A stretch of 64,000 nucleotides of DNA, from IMG/VR virus record IMGVR_UViG_3300027672_001796; one strand, written 5' to 3'. A model generated the notes under the pieces. The model was not told the origin of the DNA. It saw only the letters and a program-made list of their open reading frames with translations, and did no database searches. Below, piece after piece: positions 12,001 to 18,438 of the stretch; the first letter of the stretch is position 1; each line of letters opens with the position of its first letter. The position numbers were made by a program, and so were the translations under genes. This DNA comes from a virus. Its lineage: Duplodnaviria; Caudoviricetes.

Positions 12001-12449
12001 GCACTAGTTCCGTTAACTGTAATCTTGTTTGGGCCGTCTGTGCTCCAGAAATATTCCTGGAAGTTAACTAGCTTGTCGTAATCAATTGGAGGTAAAAAAC
12101 TATAAAAATTTGTGTCAAACAATACATTTTCGTTTTTAGTATCTACGCCATAACTCGATAATTGGTTAACAAAGTCTTCGTAGAATAATACATTTGTTGC
12201 TTCGCCGGTAGATCCATCAATTGTGTTTACTACTGGCTCTAAACTGTATTTTTGTCTGCTTGGATTTGGTTCAACAATGTAGTGGTCTTGGCTGGAGTTA
12301 AATTGATCTGGCTCCTTACGTCCAATGTATGCGGAAATTGTTTCAATGTTACTTTTACTGAATAACTGTTCTACGGTACTTTCAAAAAAGTTCTTTAATA
12401 CCGTGGTCTGTAATGCACCGGGTAACTTACTTATTTGCTTATCAGCCAT
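3..12449 (-). CDS. Giant virion/baseplate-associated protein, at least 4149 aa, truncated by the left window edge
   Basis: ATG at 12449 (MADKQISKLPGALQTTVLKNFFESTVEQLF...), 9 nt after the gp6-like stop. The same frame is still open at the left edge (...YKIFPSDLDAGV). It is absent from the ORF track, which implies no stop inside the window. Contains a YHYH-like segment (WHYNA...HSPIIGWAFDGLPIYGPYG, about 8080-8280) and a Pro-rich linker (CPPPPPVPPKPPVPP, about 1930-1980). Confidence 0.85.
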   Translation of the reverse strand, partial: MADKQISKLPGALQTTVLKNFFESTVEQLFSKSNIETISAYIGRKEPDQFNSSQDHYIVEPNPSRQKYSLEPVVNTIDGSTGEATNVLFYEDFVNQLSSYGVDTKNENVLFDTNFYSFLPPIDYDKLVNFQEYFWSTDGPNKITVNGTSATTINVLKDIIGKKFYTSPNGIELKNGAVIEFAGTHVIPATYLGIRYIVEGVGDSIVLYAKDQNFSAIFSTPAFTPWDDEVITAESTLIASNIPSGAITAAALLLEDNGTARQYYDALGKKIDNEFFIGLDDITLTGETYWKGYVTGTGKFLSYMNTGTAGFDADPWDGGNTQIVPDYLIMQRAAEDNNTWSRINFWHHKDRFTESATALPDKAYRAKRPILEFDRNLELYNFGSKGTTFSADLSGTGYTKNEVQGRAVSALLDNQGLKLANKLLLPDEDATISKYIYVVEDTQTQTVNGAVSSSTTVVLDSMADVYVGALVKGTGISGVDTTVKTINTSTLTITLSQAETIADGVALTFNNRIKLTRMPHPTTNPVGAVDGDSNFVPWTPVTGDIVAVLFGVQHQGKEYYWSGTKWIVGQRKTKVNSAPLFAAYDSSKKSVGNEVTYPSSSFKGTKLFSYKDALTSSTNDSVLGFPLEYKNFNNFSEIVFDNNMSSDVISYTPFGGTTTSFVKGYSYYKKTDTDGVITYDTAWRGHKDSFKQKVEDDFEVSQLDIDNKRTLWNLTTVPSDATKIRVKVNGIRRADWTYNTTLKAIEFTTFNVVKNDTIRITTPTTTGIIQDKKRTGRYELPLGWYANTEKSDVLTISEPQYLEHVKDYIQEQTNIVGNALGDNNFASLDDDKTLANKIVQTDDDLQMAGFLVSNDKFNIVDAMKFNGDEYLKYKNRLKKEIKRYIDANDTTVMTDHAILEDVLQNVIAYNPGKLVFDYSYMLALGDRYDEELLLINNIVQKEYTLSNFLNLDKIENAIHVYDQDAKGNDVLLLIDKDYTMAGKLGVCTLSFTTEYTLTLGNTIKVRFFNKNRESAQCPPTTSAMGITPVQLPKIMSDTSFAEAINVIVGHDGSRTVADNDKQDEILLEFEKRVYNSVQQVYRDKLNYPDLNVHDIRPGTFRNTGISRTAYYNILRENFNKFIARNEADFVENEYYDVDKPFTWNYNSGTANAGYWRGIFEDSFDTARPHTHPWEMLGLVKKPSWWDTQYITTTNTNYGSGNKPMWSDIENGIIRQGTTKNVDNSAYKINNPYRRIGLKSMLPVDADAKLLAPANISSTASTTRTTVWTQAELGTATASATSFVGTTDGLHINERTDGTTTHINVTTSNLLNHVIGTFPISNSTAFVEDKTSKYTIKVIADATDANHYSDASTSTAAQFVTATTTAKTHTGIAVNGGLVFNGNTGVTIDTTSNWHYNAMYRNEVGRDTAGGNPDANNRYGYVQPSPKTVGLSAWSTSTHSPIIGWAFDGLPIYGPYGYTDRLNDTSDIKRLVSSYSLKTNARDTYALGVGGIPTGEFIEDYVFDTATGDLDEFNGRFMVTPEFPSGVWAYVATIDTAGAPAYPYTVGPKFRFTTTDLANNILGAGTFATAGTENYSLVNTQTTTYTSDVTKVANEWKFGDGAPVENAWKMSEQYPFAIAEALFLTKPGKFASVFAEPEKIIRSSANPLQLLDKTTFKRYQVKDAIVHGNTAADNKTLLTNTGYTQFIDSYLRFHGINTKTEFATPFKSVNGKLGHKFAGFVDKDTMTVFSDSYSITGNSSSLILPHEDIQVSVHVGPYTTTNQYTGVIVELTADGYYKLSGYSSTKRFFEVEPSNKEGQRTEVSVGGEPADFSNYGATLSYNAGDIVKSGYNYYQAKSAVAKATAVTNTEFYQRLSSLPMVNAAEATYYLEGTGVTERVEYGTVYKTIGEVFEFLTELGRKQKTQGYDFNDFNNEINDVSDWVYSGKQFLFWSLGKWATGNTLSLSPMARKIKFTSIEGRISEIAESFKGQFSILDETGKKILPTDCLIVREGSTIEVTPPTNSQIFGIIIHTNSIEHAMLINNKTVFGDTIYDTVFGHRQKRLKVKGKRTANWTGSLMSEGFLITEDGLKPNYDTLAQDMGRYNEIGHVPVERQVYEASRRQYGYTERKYLREFELVDDNQFDFYNGMIRDKGTKASIEKLLNSDKVLVPGSIAVYDEWALKSGDFGDVQNNQRLDIKIQDSEITSENQLIQIVYPEDIVSVISEVELLGATTKFYSVPVLEIEGPPAEIPGSFMYAGGTTAEATVNLNTDGTIKDVTVTEPGYGYTINPSVTVVAAQLLTANITTYFSKPYAVSNAFLDSSGSFSANVLTGISITDNFSANAASFIDLSSSSNVTLVAEAINTNANTNANVTASVLTLGTAASTNYKLQLSGNDFTVSSANDAQKDDLVNKLKLDNSADIILNTGSKRFQPRQRYSFETANATTNTNVIVNINGTTVVAVEEDNTVNWEFDSGSRSTIVPTERTTSGSLAFTFAPESGNVTSQATPEAGNIAIDNLQIINGNYPHIEVLINGTLISDALETDGTNGFAIDNNAGTHNSTITFYDVTKLPGGELNENTPITIIERATVDFAEAYQGDLPGSTLNIKVKAEDALAARLKQQRTLEITPDDLSDSTILIDVDDSTRFIHRPTDMKTKDLWPTTKNVDFTGITDSKYTPLPNAGYISSYNVAYQAMNLNDFTGLFDIDSRPANKIPQENDVVHFAVSEHSDFNAYKLVQPTGFDATSNVAYIKFNDNLGTTMLYTDISLDAYANSNYLTDEANITNYYDNVIALKREGIALDSYYANIELADGDKMFDNTIMEVNTPVGYFLNEDQVVKNSVTISGIGYKEPLRLLIEKIEPTVSGNVSAVNYYINTSETFALDANVGTSNTVNLTYTGTTSMNDFEEGSYITFTDSSTGALNGNTYKASNVTVSPSTMATTLVDTTDTGIYSTTINGALSSATTIIITAGDNTIQVGHVVSGSGIPANTKVTAITDAVTMVVDTAVTMSNGATIQFSKRTNNYSTANSIITTFTVTESTFSSNVSSSALSLAVNNGLVFTTDMNTSTVANLGVVKINNAGYYSGVYRVVGKSATTISVYGDFVEPTSVVVSVGTTSGSTTATIASPNAVVTSGMLVSGAGITGGTTVAEVTVTGVVLSQNATATGTASLTFQDNAFGNATMMTDQVEVTLEEAHTLDTDGTDTIVNKVINIVDMEPNYYNWAWKVESVPSSTVIRLEGFGFDHPYATGGIRYVSEKEYKVHGTDTLPTTGGADSEAYLISKHDGDIMVNGAKVATAFPMHTSQEYADEINRQMAIKSGALVQCDSMYMSLTGITGIMNQVNKLMRGGSASKGGTPYFQQGGAGMGGAGKPNSSIGHSLPVLPFVSGTPLVNNIIPNITTQNPIPSAVGRGVAYNTLQQQLVHTGLGYPQMPSNPPAPGVSIPVIANPIPTPPPNKGWPFTDPAGNPLPPQPIQTIVPPSTISKGQTGPGASVATTGTTVVDWTPLISLTQHDDPCPPPPPVPPKPPVPPVTSVFVNEMNTQGRGQTETFKYKFAEDTSQTYPVRILFDMYSAKDRLTVYQSTHAGSTGSKIAGTGVASTLSPIDKVDIHAWSGVKWQISAGMTPWQQNNVGPGQLLNQGYSEHGNGFVKENGKISFTYDASKGRYITITLDKDSKTSTAFKYYMEHPADDVNGAGYPSKGSVGVGNPPPNGNQNTNLVTLANQTQIHGFPLYPPIAGMAHNFIGGYSNSRLNVGQNMVHLGGSGGYGGMGSINLPIYKTYPINQAPSGVPQFGVNGNMTSGAIFGGTGLVSGVGLNQKQNNTASTSYLSLTALQKNSTSGTVAPVSGTVNVPICKPKARVKICGQTKMVGAGDSFFINGDSILLSGSTKLTAIKKEILSQTTSVNVLITVDSATKEKCLMIRNKLSDPMIIRNGCAGGIYKEVLDYSIKQDNQVCFNKETTVTPTTTGAGATRHTVSGTSSTLDVATHVTSYTTNTVTAEQNRQALVKSSICITAGTGYEVGAIMRLMGGTPVVSQGVSPIEEFTVNNPGSGYLTNGMATPITFKIGQRGEPGGGALVDYDAITYDSNGGIVSVGLKLGGSGYSIDNPPTITVRGQGRDAEVSARLKPGPVMERPAKFVITGVDGYGGITDIQVIDRGIYKIFPSDLDAGV

Positions 12450-12457
12450 GTTTTTTC

Positions 12458-15400
12458 CTAATATCCGCTGTTGTCTGTTGAGCTACTAGAGTTGCCCACA
12501 GAATTATTTAGGGTAATTGTATTACCCAATGTAGTGTTTGCTACACTTTGATCCAGTACATAAGTACCATGGTAGTATGTTACACTGTTAGGCATGTAAA
12601 ATACTTGCCCAAAGAATGTGTGCGTCATACTTGTTCCGTCACCTGCAAAGTTTGCCGCTTCAGCTGAAGCATATAACGGATAGTAACCATTAATAGCATA
12701 AGGACCCACAGAGCTGTCAACACCATTGTATGTTGTTAATAGTCCGCTACTAGTCTTGTTAGGCTTAATGTTACCATGTGTTAATTTGTCTACAACATCA
12801 ATTTCGTCAATGCCGGCTGTACTTAAAAATAGTTCGTCTGCATCTGCTTTAACTTGGAATAAGTCTCCAAAAACACCACTTGCTTTTGTAGGCACAATAA
12901 CAATACTGCCTATAGCATTTCCAACTTGCTGATGTATATAACTGCTTAGTTCTGTGAAGTAAAAAGTATCGCCGAAGTCCCAATTATCTACATTGAAATA
13001 TTGGTTAATTGCGCCAATAACTTTTGTTTTAATTTCGTTATCACTTAAACTTGTTCCAGGCAATCGAACAACTTTGAATTTTGCTTGTAGCTCATCAGTT
13101 GCATCATCGCCAAATATTAATTTAAATCTTCCACTCTTGAATACTAATTGGTCACTAGCAGATTTAAAGTCTTGTAAAATAGCAAATTCGTTTTCTAATT
13201 CTGAACTAGTAGGTGCTGTTGGGAAATCTGTTCCTGGCACTTTAATATAAGATTGCATGTCTTCCCAGTACGAAGAAGTAAGTACAAAGAATTCATGTAC
13301 GTTACTAACACTAGGATCGATTCGCATACTATTGTCTGCAACGTGAGTCCATTTAAATACTACACCGTTTTGTCTGAGTGACTTAGAATTCTGTGTAAAA
13401 CTTCTGCCTTTTTTAGCAAAGTGACTTGAACTTTCGTAGTTGCTAACACTTGCTAAGTTTGTGCTACTCTTAGTTAAAATAAATACCTTCCCAGTATCTT
13501 TAGAATAAATCTTTTTATTATGCATGCCACCAGTAGTTTCATTTTTACCTTGCTGGTTATTAAATAAATCAACAACAGTTTTGTTTCTAACTAAGTAGAA
13601 TTCGTAATCAGCAGTATTATACGGCACACCAGCGGCGCCTGTCACAGTTGATCTATCTCCAGCAAACGTTAGTGTTGTTTCTTTTCTTAAATCTAATATG
13701 CCTGTTTTAACTGGTCTAGTATAAGTGTAGCCATCAAAGTCTTCATAATTTTCAAATAATATAATGTCGTCTGCGCCAACAAAATGTTCAAACTGGATTG
13801 GATTATCTGGACTATCTGATGATGCTGTATTAACAGGAGTAACTTTAACCTTCTTAGGATCAGTATATCCGTCTGGGTAACTAAAGTTTCCTATAGCACT
13901 ATATACTATCGGAGCATCAAGTCTAGAGTTGTCGTTAACATACTTAACTGCAATAGTATCACTTCTGTTATTTCTAGCAGAGTTGTCTATAGCATAGTGA
14001 TGTCTTGCTTCAAAGTCAACTACAAGTGTTCCTGTCTGTGCCGCATAGTTACTAGTAGCTAATTGGAAAGAAGCGCCAGCTACTGTACATGAACCGCCTG
14101 CCGCCAGTGTTAAGTTCTGATTATTATATCTGTATGCAATGCCGCCTGTAGCATTTAAAATTGGTCCACCGAATGTGGTACCATCAAACGCTATAGTTAT
14201 TTTTGGCAACTTATAAATTACGCCAGTGTCTGCAACTACTACTACTTTGTCAGTAACAGTTGTTGATGCCGATGTGCCTAATTCAATTGATGTTGGTTGT
14301 ACAAAAGCCCCTATGGCTCCATTTTGATAAATTCCTAAGTTAGATATAACTGAAACTGCTATATCGTAATGCTTAACATTTCTGGAAATCAACGGTATAT
14401 TAGAAAAGTAAGATCCTGTAGTACCTAAATACCACTTGTCTCCAATTATTACACCGTCTTCGTCAACCCATGTAAATGATTCTGTGAAACTAGGCTTAAT
14501 GTTTAATGTTGGTAATTCAATTGAATCGTATTTTGCTAAACCTGTTGCGTTATCCTGTAACCTGTTTTCATTGACATTATAAAATCTAACATCGTCTAAA
14601 CTTTCGAACACAAATTGTGTTCCTCTAATTTCAATATCATATCTGTATGATAATGTATCTACATTAACATATTTAAATTTTAATATCCAACTTGCATCTA
14701 ATCCTGTTCCTGATGAATCTCCGGTATACGAAGCACTAAAGTCTTTAGCAGTACTTAAATTATTATTCTCTATAATATAGAATCTATTTTCGCTAGGCAT
14801 AAATCTTACGCCAAATGTTCTTCTAGAAGCCATTGCCGATTTTAATTGCTGTTCTTCTAATGCAAATAATGTTTTTCTTAAAATAACAATTACTTCATCA
14901 CATTTCCAACCATTTGTAATTTTCTTATTAAGTTTAACTGGGCCATTTGATGTACTACTAGCCGAGTTTCTAACACCGTTGTTATCCATACTAACAATCT
15001 TAGCCCATTCATATTTTGTTTTATCAGTGGGATCATAGAATTTTAACATATAGCCAGGCTGTATAATTTTAAACAGCGTATTAGCTACATTAACGTCAGT
15101 AGGTGTTCCACCAGCTGTATATGTCTCAGACATATACCCAAACACACCTGTAGCAATTCTTGGCAATGTATTCCATGTTATGCCGAATAATGAAATATCA
15201 AACATATCAGTATAAGCAGGAACTTCTTTAACTTTAGTTCTAAATGTGCTGTAAATAAAATCATTAAGTTTTAAGTTCTTAATAATAGTTGGAAACTTTG
15301 TGTTAATAAAATCTTGTGTAGTATTCGTAGTTGTTACTTTAAATGCATCACTAGAGTTACTAGGCTCTTCATACAATGCGCCATCTTCTGCGATACTAGT

Positions 15401-16831
15401 TGTGGTCTGGAAAGTACTAGTAGGATCTGTAATATCAATATATCTACTGTGTCCAGCATGTGTTTTGTTAGTAACTTTTAATTTTTTAATGTTTGTGCTT
15501 TTAGCTAAAGGAAGTACTTGGTAGTCTTGAGCTGTAACCATTCTGTCTTGAGCATAATATGCCTGTGGTGCTCTTTCCTTAATGCCAGCAAGTGTTTCTG
15601 CAGGTAAACTGTTTGATACCTTGCTTTCTAGTTTTGATGTAATTGTTAACTGATGCGATTTACCATCTCCTGTAAAGTATGGTATAGTTGTTACAACAGT
15701 TCTAACATCATCTGGCTGTAGTGCAAATCTTTCGTTGTCACTAACTCTGTACTGAGCTTTAAATGATCCCATAGGTACGTTTGCAAAGTTACCGTCTGCA
15801 AACTGTAGTCTAATACCACCTTGTCCTACATTTTGTACAGCATATAATAACGGAGTATTTTTAGCCTTAGTGTTATACATTAAAGTCTGTCCAACAGTGT
15901 TTGGAACTTTAACCCACTTAGTTAATACTTTATCATTACTATCTACTTCTGACAAATATACATCTGTTTCATTAATATTATCAACAGCAATTGCTTGTTG
16001 TCTGTTTTCAATTGGTGTAGTAAAATCGAAATTTGATGATCGCAATGTGCCTTGCTTAAACATCATAAAGAATCCAGTATTTTTACTTAATGATCCTAGT
16101 CCGTCATTTCTATGAAGTATTGAAAAGTTGTTTGTGCTGTCTGGATGCTTTTCTGCAAACACACCGGCATCTTCAAAATCAACATTCACAAATTCAAATG
16201 CTCTGTCAACTCCGTTAACATTTACATCAAAGCCGTATGTTTGCGATGCAGTGATTGGAGTGTTAATATCGTATCTGTCTGTTATGATTCCACCGACAGT
16301 TCCTGTTTTTACAGGCTTACTAAATCTGTTAACATTACCAAATGCACTATTCATTATAGTTAAAAATTGTTCGTAACTGTCTGGATTGTTTGCATCGTTC
16401 CAGCTAATAGTTTTATCGTTTATACTTGCACCCGAACTATCTGTTAACGCCTCTGAAGTTGACACGCTTACAATTTTCATTAATCCACTTGCAGGCATAT
16501 TTCGTTTTGGATTGTATCCAAGTTGTCTAGCAAGTTTAAATACCGAGTCTCTTCGCTCAGCAGTTTCTAAAAAGTTTTCTCTTGTATTAACATCCATTCT
16601 GAATGCAATACTTTGCCCGAGGTAGGCAAGCAATTCTATGATTGCTATGAATTCTGAACTTTCAATATAATCATTGAAGTTTTCTGGAAAATTAGATTTG
16701 ATATATTCGACCATTGCATTTCTAATAGTGTCAAAGTCGTATGCTTGAAAGTCTACTTGACTATATGCCTGATAGGCTACTGACCAATCTTCTGCCGCGA
16801 ATAAATTATTTTGTCTGCTATTAACTGCCAT
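12458..16831 (-). CDS. gp6: Baseplate wedge subunit, T4 gp6-like N-terminus, with long extensions
   Basis: N-terminal DFQAYDFDTIRNAMVEYIKSNFPENFNDYIESSEFIAIIELLAY...ENFLETAERRDSVFKLARQLGY and internal APQAYYAQDRMVTAQDY match gp6/baseplate-J motifs. Adjacent to gp25. Confidence 0.85.
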   Translation of the reverse strand: MAVNSRQNNLFAAEDWSVAYQAYSQVDFQAYDFDTIRNAMVEYIKSNFPENFNDYIESSEFIAIIELLAYLGQSIAFRMDVNTRENFLETAERRDSVFKLARQLGYNPKRNMPASGLMKIVSVSTSEALTDSSGASINDKTISWNDANNPDSYEQFLTIMNSAFGNVNRFSKPVKTGTVGGIITDRYDINTPITASQTYGFDVNVNGVDRAFEFVNVDFEDAGVFAEKHPDSTNNFSILHRNDGLGSLSKNTGFFMMFKQGTLRSSNFDFTTPIENRQQAIAVDNINETDVYLSEVDSNDKVLTKWVKVPNTVGQTLMYNTKAKNTPLLYAVQNVGQGGIRLQFADGNFANVPMGSFKAQYRVSDNERFALQPDDVRTVVTTIPYFTGDGKSHQLTITSKLESKVSNSLPAETLAGIKERAPQAYYAQDRMVTAQDYQVLPLAKSTNIKKLKVTNKTHAGHSRYIDITDPTSTFQTTTSIAEDGALYEEPSNSSDAFKVTTTNTTQDFINTKFPTIIKNLKLNDFIYSTFRTKVKEVPAYTDMFDISLFGITWNTLPRIATGVFGYMSETYTAGGTPTDVNVANTLFKIIQPGYMLKFYDPTDKTKYEWAKIVSMDNNGVRNSASSTSNGPVKLNKKITNGWKCDEVIVILRKTLFALEEQQLKSAMASRRTFGVRFMPSENRFYIIENNNLSTAKDFSASYTGDSSGTGLDASWILKFKYVNVDTLSYRYDIEIRGTQFVFESLDDVRFYNVNENRLQDNATGLAKYDSIELPTLNIKPSFTESFTWVDEDGVIIGDKWYLGTTGSYFSNIPLISRNVKHYDIAVSVISNLGIYQNGAIGAFVQPTSIELGTSASTTVTDKVVVVADTGVIYKLPKITIAFDGTTFGGPILNATGGIAYRYNNQNLTLAAGGSCTVAGASFQLATSNYAAQTGTLVVDFEARHHYAIDNSARNNRSDTIAVKYVNDNSRLDAPIVYSAIGNFSYPDGYTDPKKVKVTPVNTASSDSPDNPIQFEHFVGADDIILFENYEDFDGYTYTRPVKTGILDLRKETTLTFAGDRSTVTGAAGVPYNTADYEFYLVRNKTVVDLFNNQQGKNETTGGMHNKKIYSKDTGKVFILTKSSTNLASVSNYESSSHFAKKGRSFTQNSKSLRQNGVVFKWTHVADNSMRIDPSVSNVHEFFVLTSSYWEDMQSYIKVPGTDFPTAPTSSELENEFAILQDFKSASDQLVFKSGRFKLIFGDDATDELQAKFKVVRLPGTSLSDNEIKTKVIGAINQYFNVDNWDFGDTFYFTELSSYIHQQVGNAIGSIVIVPTKASGVFGDLFQVKADADELFLSTAGIDEIDVVDKLTHGNIKPNKTSSGLLTTYNGVDSSVGPYAINGYYPLYASAEAANFAGDGTSMTHTFFGQVFYMPNSVTYYHGTYVLDQSVANTTLGNTITLNNSVGNSSSSTDNSGY

Positions 16832-16832
16832 G

Positions 16833-17204
16833 TTATATCTCTACGTTTTCCCTAGCATACTCTACAAATAGTGTGTCTTCCGATAAAAACGGTTTAAACT
16901 TTAAGTGTAATGTTATGCGAATTGTGTGGTCTAATACATCAGTGAACATATCGGTCATTTCTACCCTGCTGTCCTTCGATACAATACGCTCTATATCTTC
17001 TTTGATTTCTGCAACAACGTATTGGTCTAGAGGGTTCATTATAATATCCCAAATTCTAGTACCATATGTAGGTCTCATTACTCGCTCACCTCTTTTGGTA
17101 TAAAGTTCGTTAAGTAAGTCAGCTTTTATAAGTTCACCATCAATTAGCGTATAAGGTGCCCTTACCTTGCCTGTTGTGCTGAATCCTCTGTATATATTTG
17201 CCAT
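16833..17204 (-). CDS. gp25: Baseplate wedge subunit gp25-like (GPW_gp25 family)
   Basis: 123 aa with IKADLLNELYTKRGERVMRPTYGTRIWDIIMNP...IERIVSKDSRV, the typical gp25 signature. Confidence 0.9.
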   Translation of the reverse strand: MANIYRGFSTTGKVRAPYTLIDGELIKADLLNELYTKRGERVMRPTYGTRIWDIIMNPLDQYVVAEIKEDIERIVSKDSRVEMTDMFTDVLDHTIRITLHLKFKPFLSEDTLFVEYARENVEI

Positions 17205-17209
17205 ACAAC

Positions 17210-17217
17210 TATTTATC
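17210..17217 (-). promoter_or_regulatory. Late promoter GATAAATA (gp55-type)
   Basis: GATAAATA lies 5 nt upstream of the gp25 ATG. The motif recurs before late genes throughout the window. Confidence 0.75.
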
Positions 17218-17269
17218 CTAAAGGATTAAAACTAGTTATAATAAACACCATAATAAGCCTAAAAAAATG

Positions 17270-17298
17270 TTGACTTTTCAATAGAATGGATACATAAT
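17270..17298 (+). promoter_or_regulatory. Sigma70-like early promoter
   Basis: TTGACT-N17-CATAAT upstream of the 17348 ORF. Confidence 0.6.
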
Positions 17299-17347
17299 AA
17301 CATAGTAGGAATTATCTTGCTAATTTTATAAATTTATAGGAATAACA

Positions 17348-17623
17348 ATGAGAAATATCATTGAACGATTCGACAGCATTTGCAAAAAAGCAGACGCAGT
17401 TAACAAGCAGTTAAAATTAACTGATCAGTCTTCTGGGTACGGACCTCGTTTCCAAAAGATGATGTCGAAAAAACAGAATCGTCTACATTCCGTAGGCATT
17501 TACGATTACCACACTAAGGGCTATGTATTGTTCGAAATGGTTAATCTTGTAGGTCAGAAGGGCAAAGTACCACAGGAATTCTATGACATGGAATCTATGC
17601 TCAAGAATGCCGTTACCGCCTAA
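17348..17623 (+). CDS. Hypothetical protein (91 aa)
   Basis: ORF with SD (AGGA) directly after the sigma70-like promoter. No recognisable motif. Confidence 0.7.
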   Translation: MRNIIERFDSICKKADAVNKQLKLTDQSSGYGPRFQKMMSKKQNRLHSVGIYDYHTKGYVLFEMVNLVGQKGKVPQEFYDMESMLKNAVTA

Positions 17624-18233
17624 CAAAAATATTGTTTTTATACATGGTAGTGGCGCCTCCACGTTAAGTTTTAACTTTTTACAAATATTCTTGCCAGAAC
17701 ATAACGTACTTTATATAGAGTACGACACGCAAGAGCTACCGGAAACATTAGTAACTCGTATCAAAATGGAAATACTCGATGAGTTTGGGCATGAACCATT
17801 CTCCGTAATAGCACATAGTTACGGGTGTTTGCTAGGATTAAAAGCGGTACAGGCATTTGCTAACTGTGAAGTATTTTTAGCCATGAGTGCTCCGTGGGGC
17901 GGTAGTAGAACAGCAAAATGGTTATCGTATGCATTCAGACACAGCAAACTTTTTACAGCACTAAATCCAAAGAGTACGTTTATCACTGCATTACAAACTG
18001 TAAACAATGATTTTAAGATAATTAACATAGTAACAACAGGAACTAGAGGAGCCGGAAATGCTCTTGCTGGTATGGGTGAATCTAACGATGGCACTCTAAC
18101 TGTTAAAACACAGAAATCTGTTCCTAGTAATTTTAATAATTTGAAACAGATTGAAATGGGTACTAGTCACAACGAAGTGCTAGTTAATTTTGAAACGGTT
18201 GAAATTATAAAAAGGGAGATGTTTGGTGAATAA
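17607..18233 (+). CDS. Alpha/beta-hydrolase (lipase/esterase-like)
   Basis: FIHGSGAS oxyanion region, AHSYG nucleophile elbow, NDG acid and SHNEVL His. The start is probably the ATG at 17607 (MPLPPNKNIVFIHG) rather than 17583. Confidence 0.75.
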   Translation: MPLPPNKNIVFIHGSGASTLSFNFLQIFLPEHNVLYIEYDTQELPETLVTRIKMEILDEFGHEPFSVIAHSYGCLLGLKAVQAFANCEVFLAMSAPWGGSRTAKWLSYAFRHSKLFTALNPKSTFITALQTVNNDFKIINIVTTGTRGAGNALAGMGESNDGTLTVKTQKSVPSNFNNLKQIEMGTSHNEVLVNFETVEIIKREMFGE

Positions 18234-18438
18234 TAACCATAGCTTAAACGATACCTTAGAAGAAGAACTTCGTCTTATGCTTGTTGACAAGAACAACGAA
18301 TGTAATCAACTAAGAGCCGAAATTAAAACTTTAAGAAGATCAGTTGCTGAAGAACAAGAAGGCAAATATAGAGCCTATATCAAGTTTGCTGATTTACAAC
18401 AACAAATACATACAAATAAGAATAACGAAACAGCTTAA
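18226..18438 (+). CDS. Small coiled-coil hypothetical protein
   Basis: GTG start after AAGGGAG SD. Heptad-like LEEELRLMLVDKNNECNQLRAEIKTLRR. Confidence 0.65.
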   Translation: MNNNHSLNDTLEEELRLMLVDKNNECNQLRAEIKTLRRSVAEEQEGKYRAYIKFADLQQQIHTNKNNETA

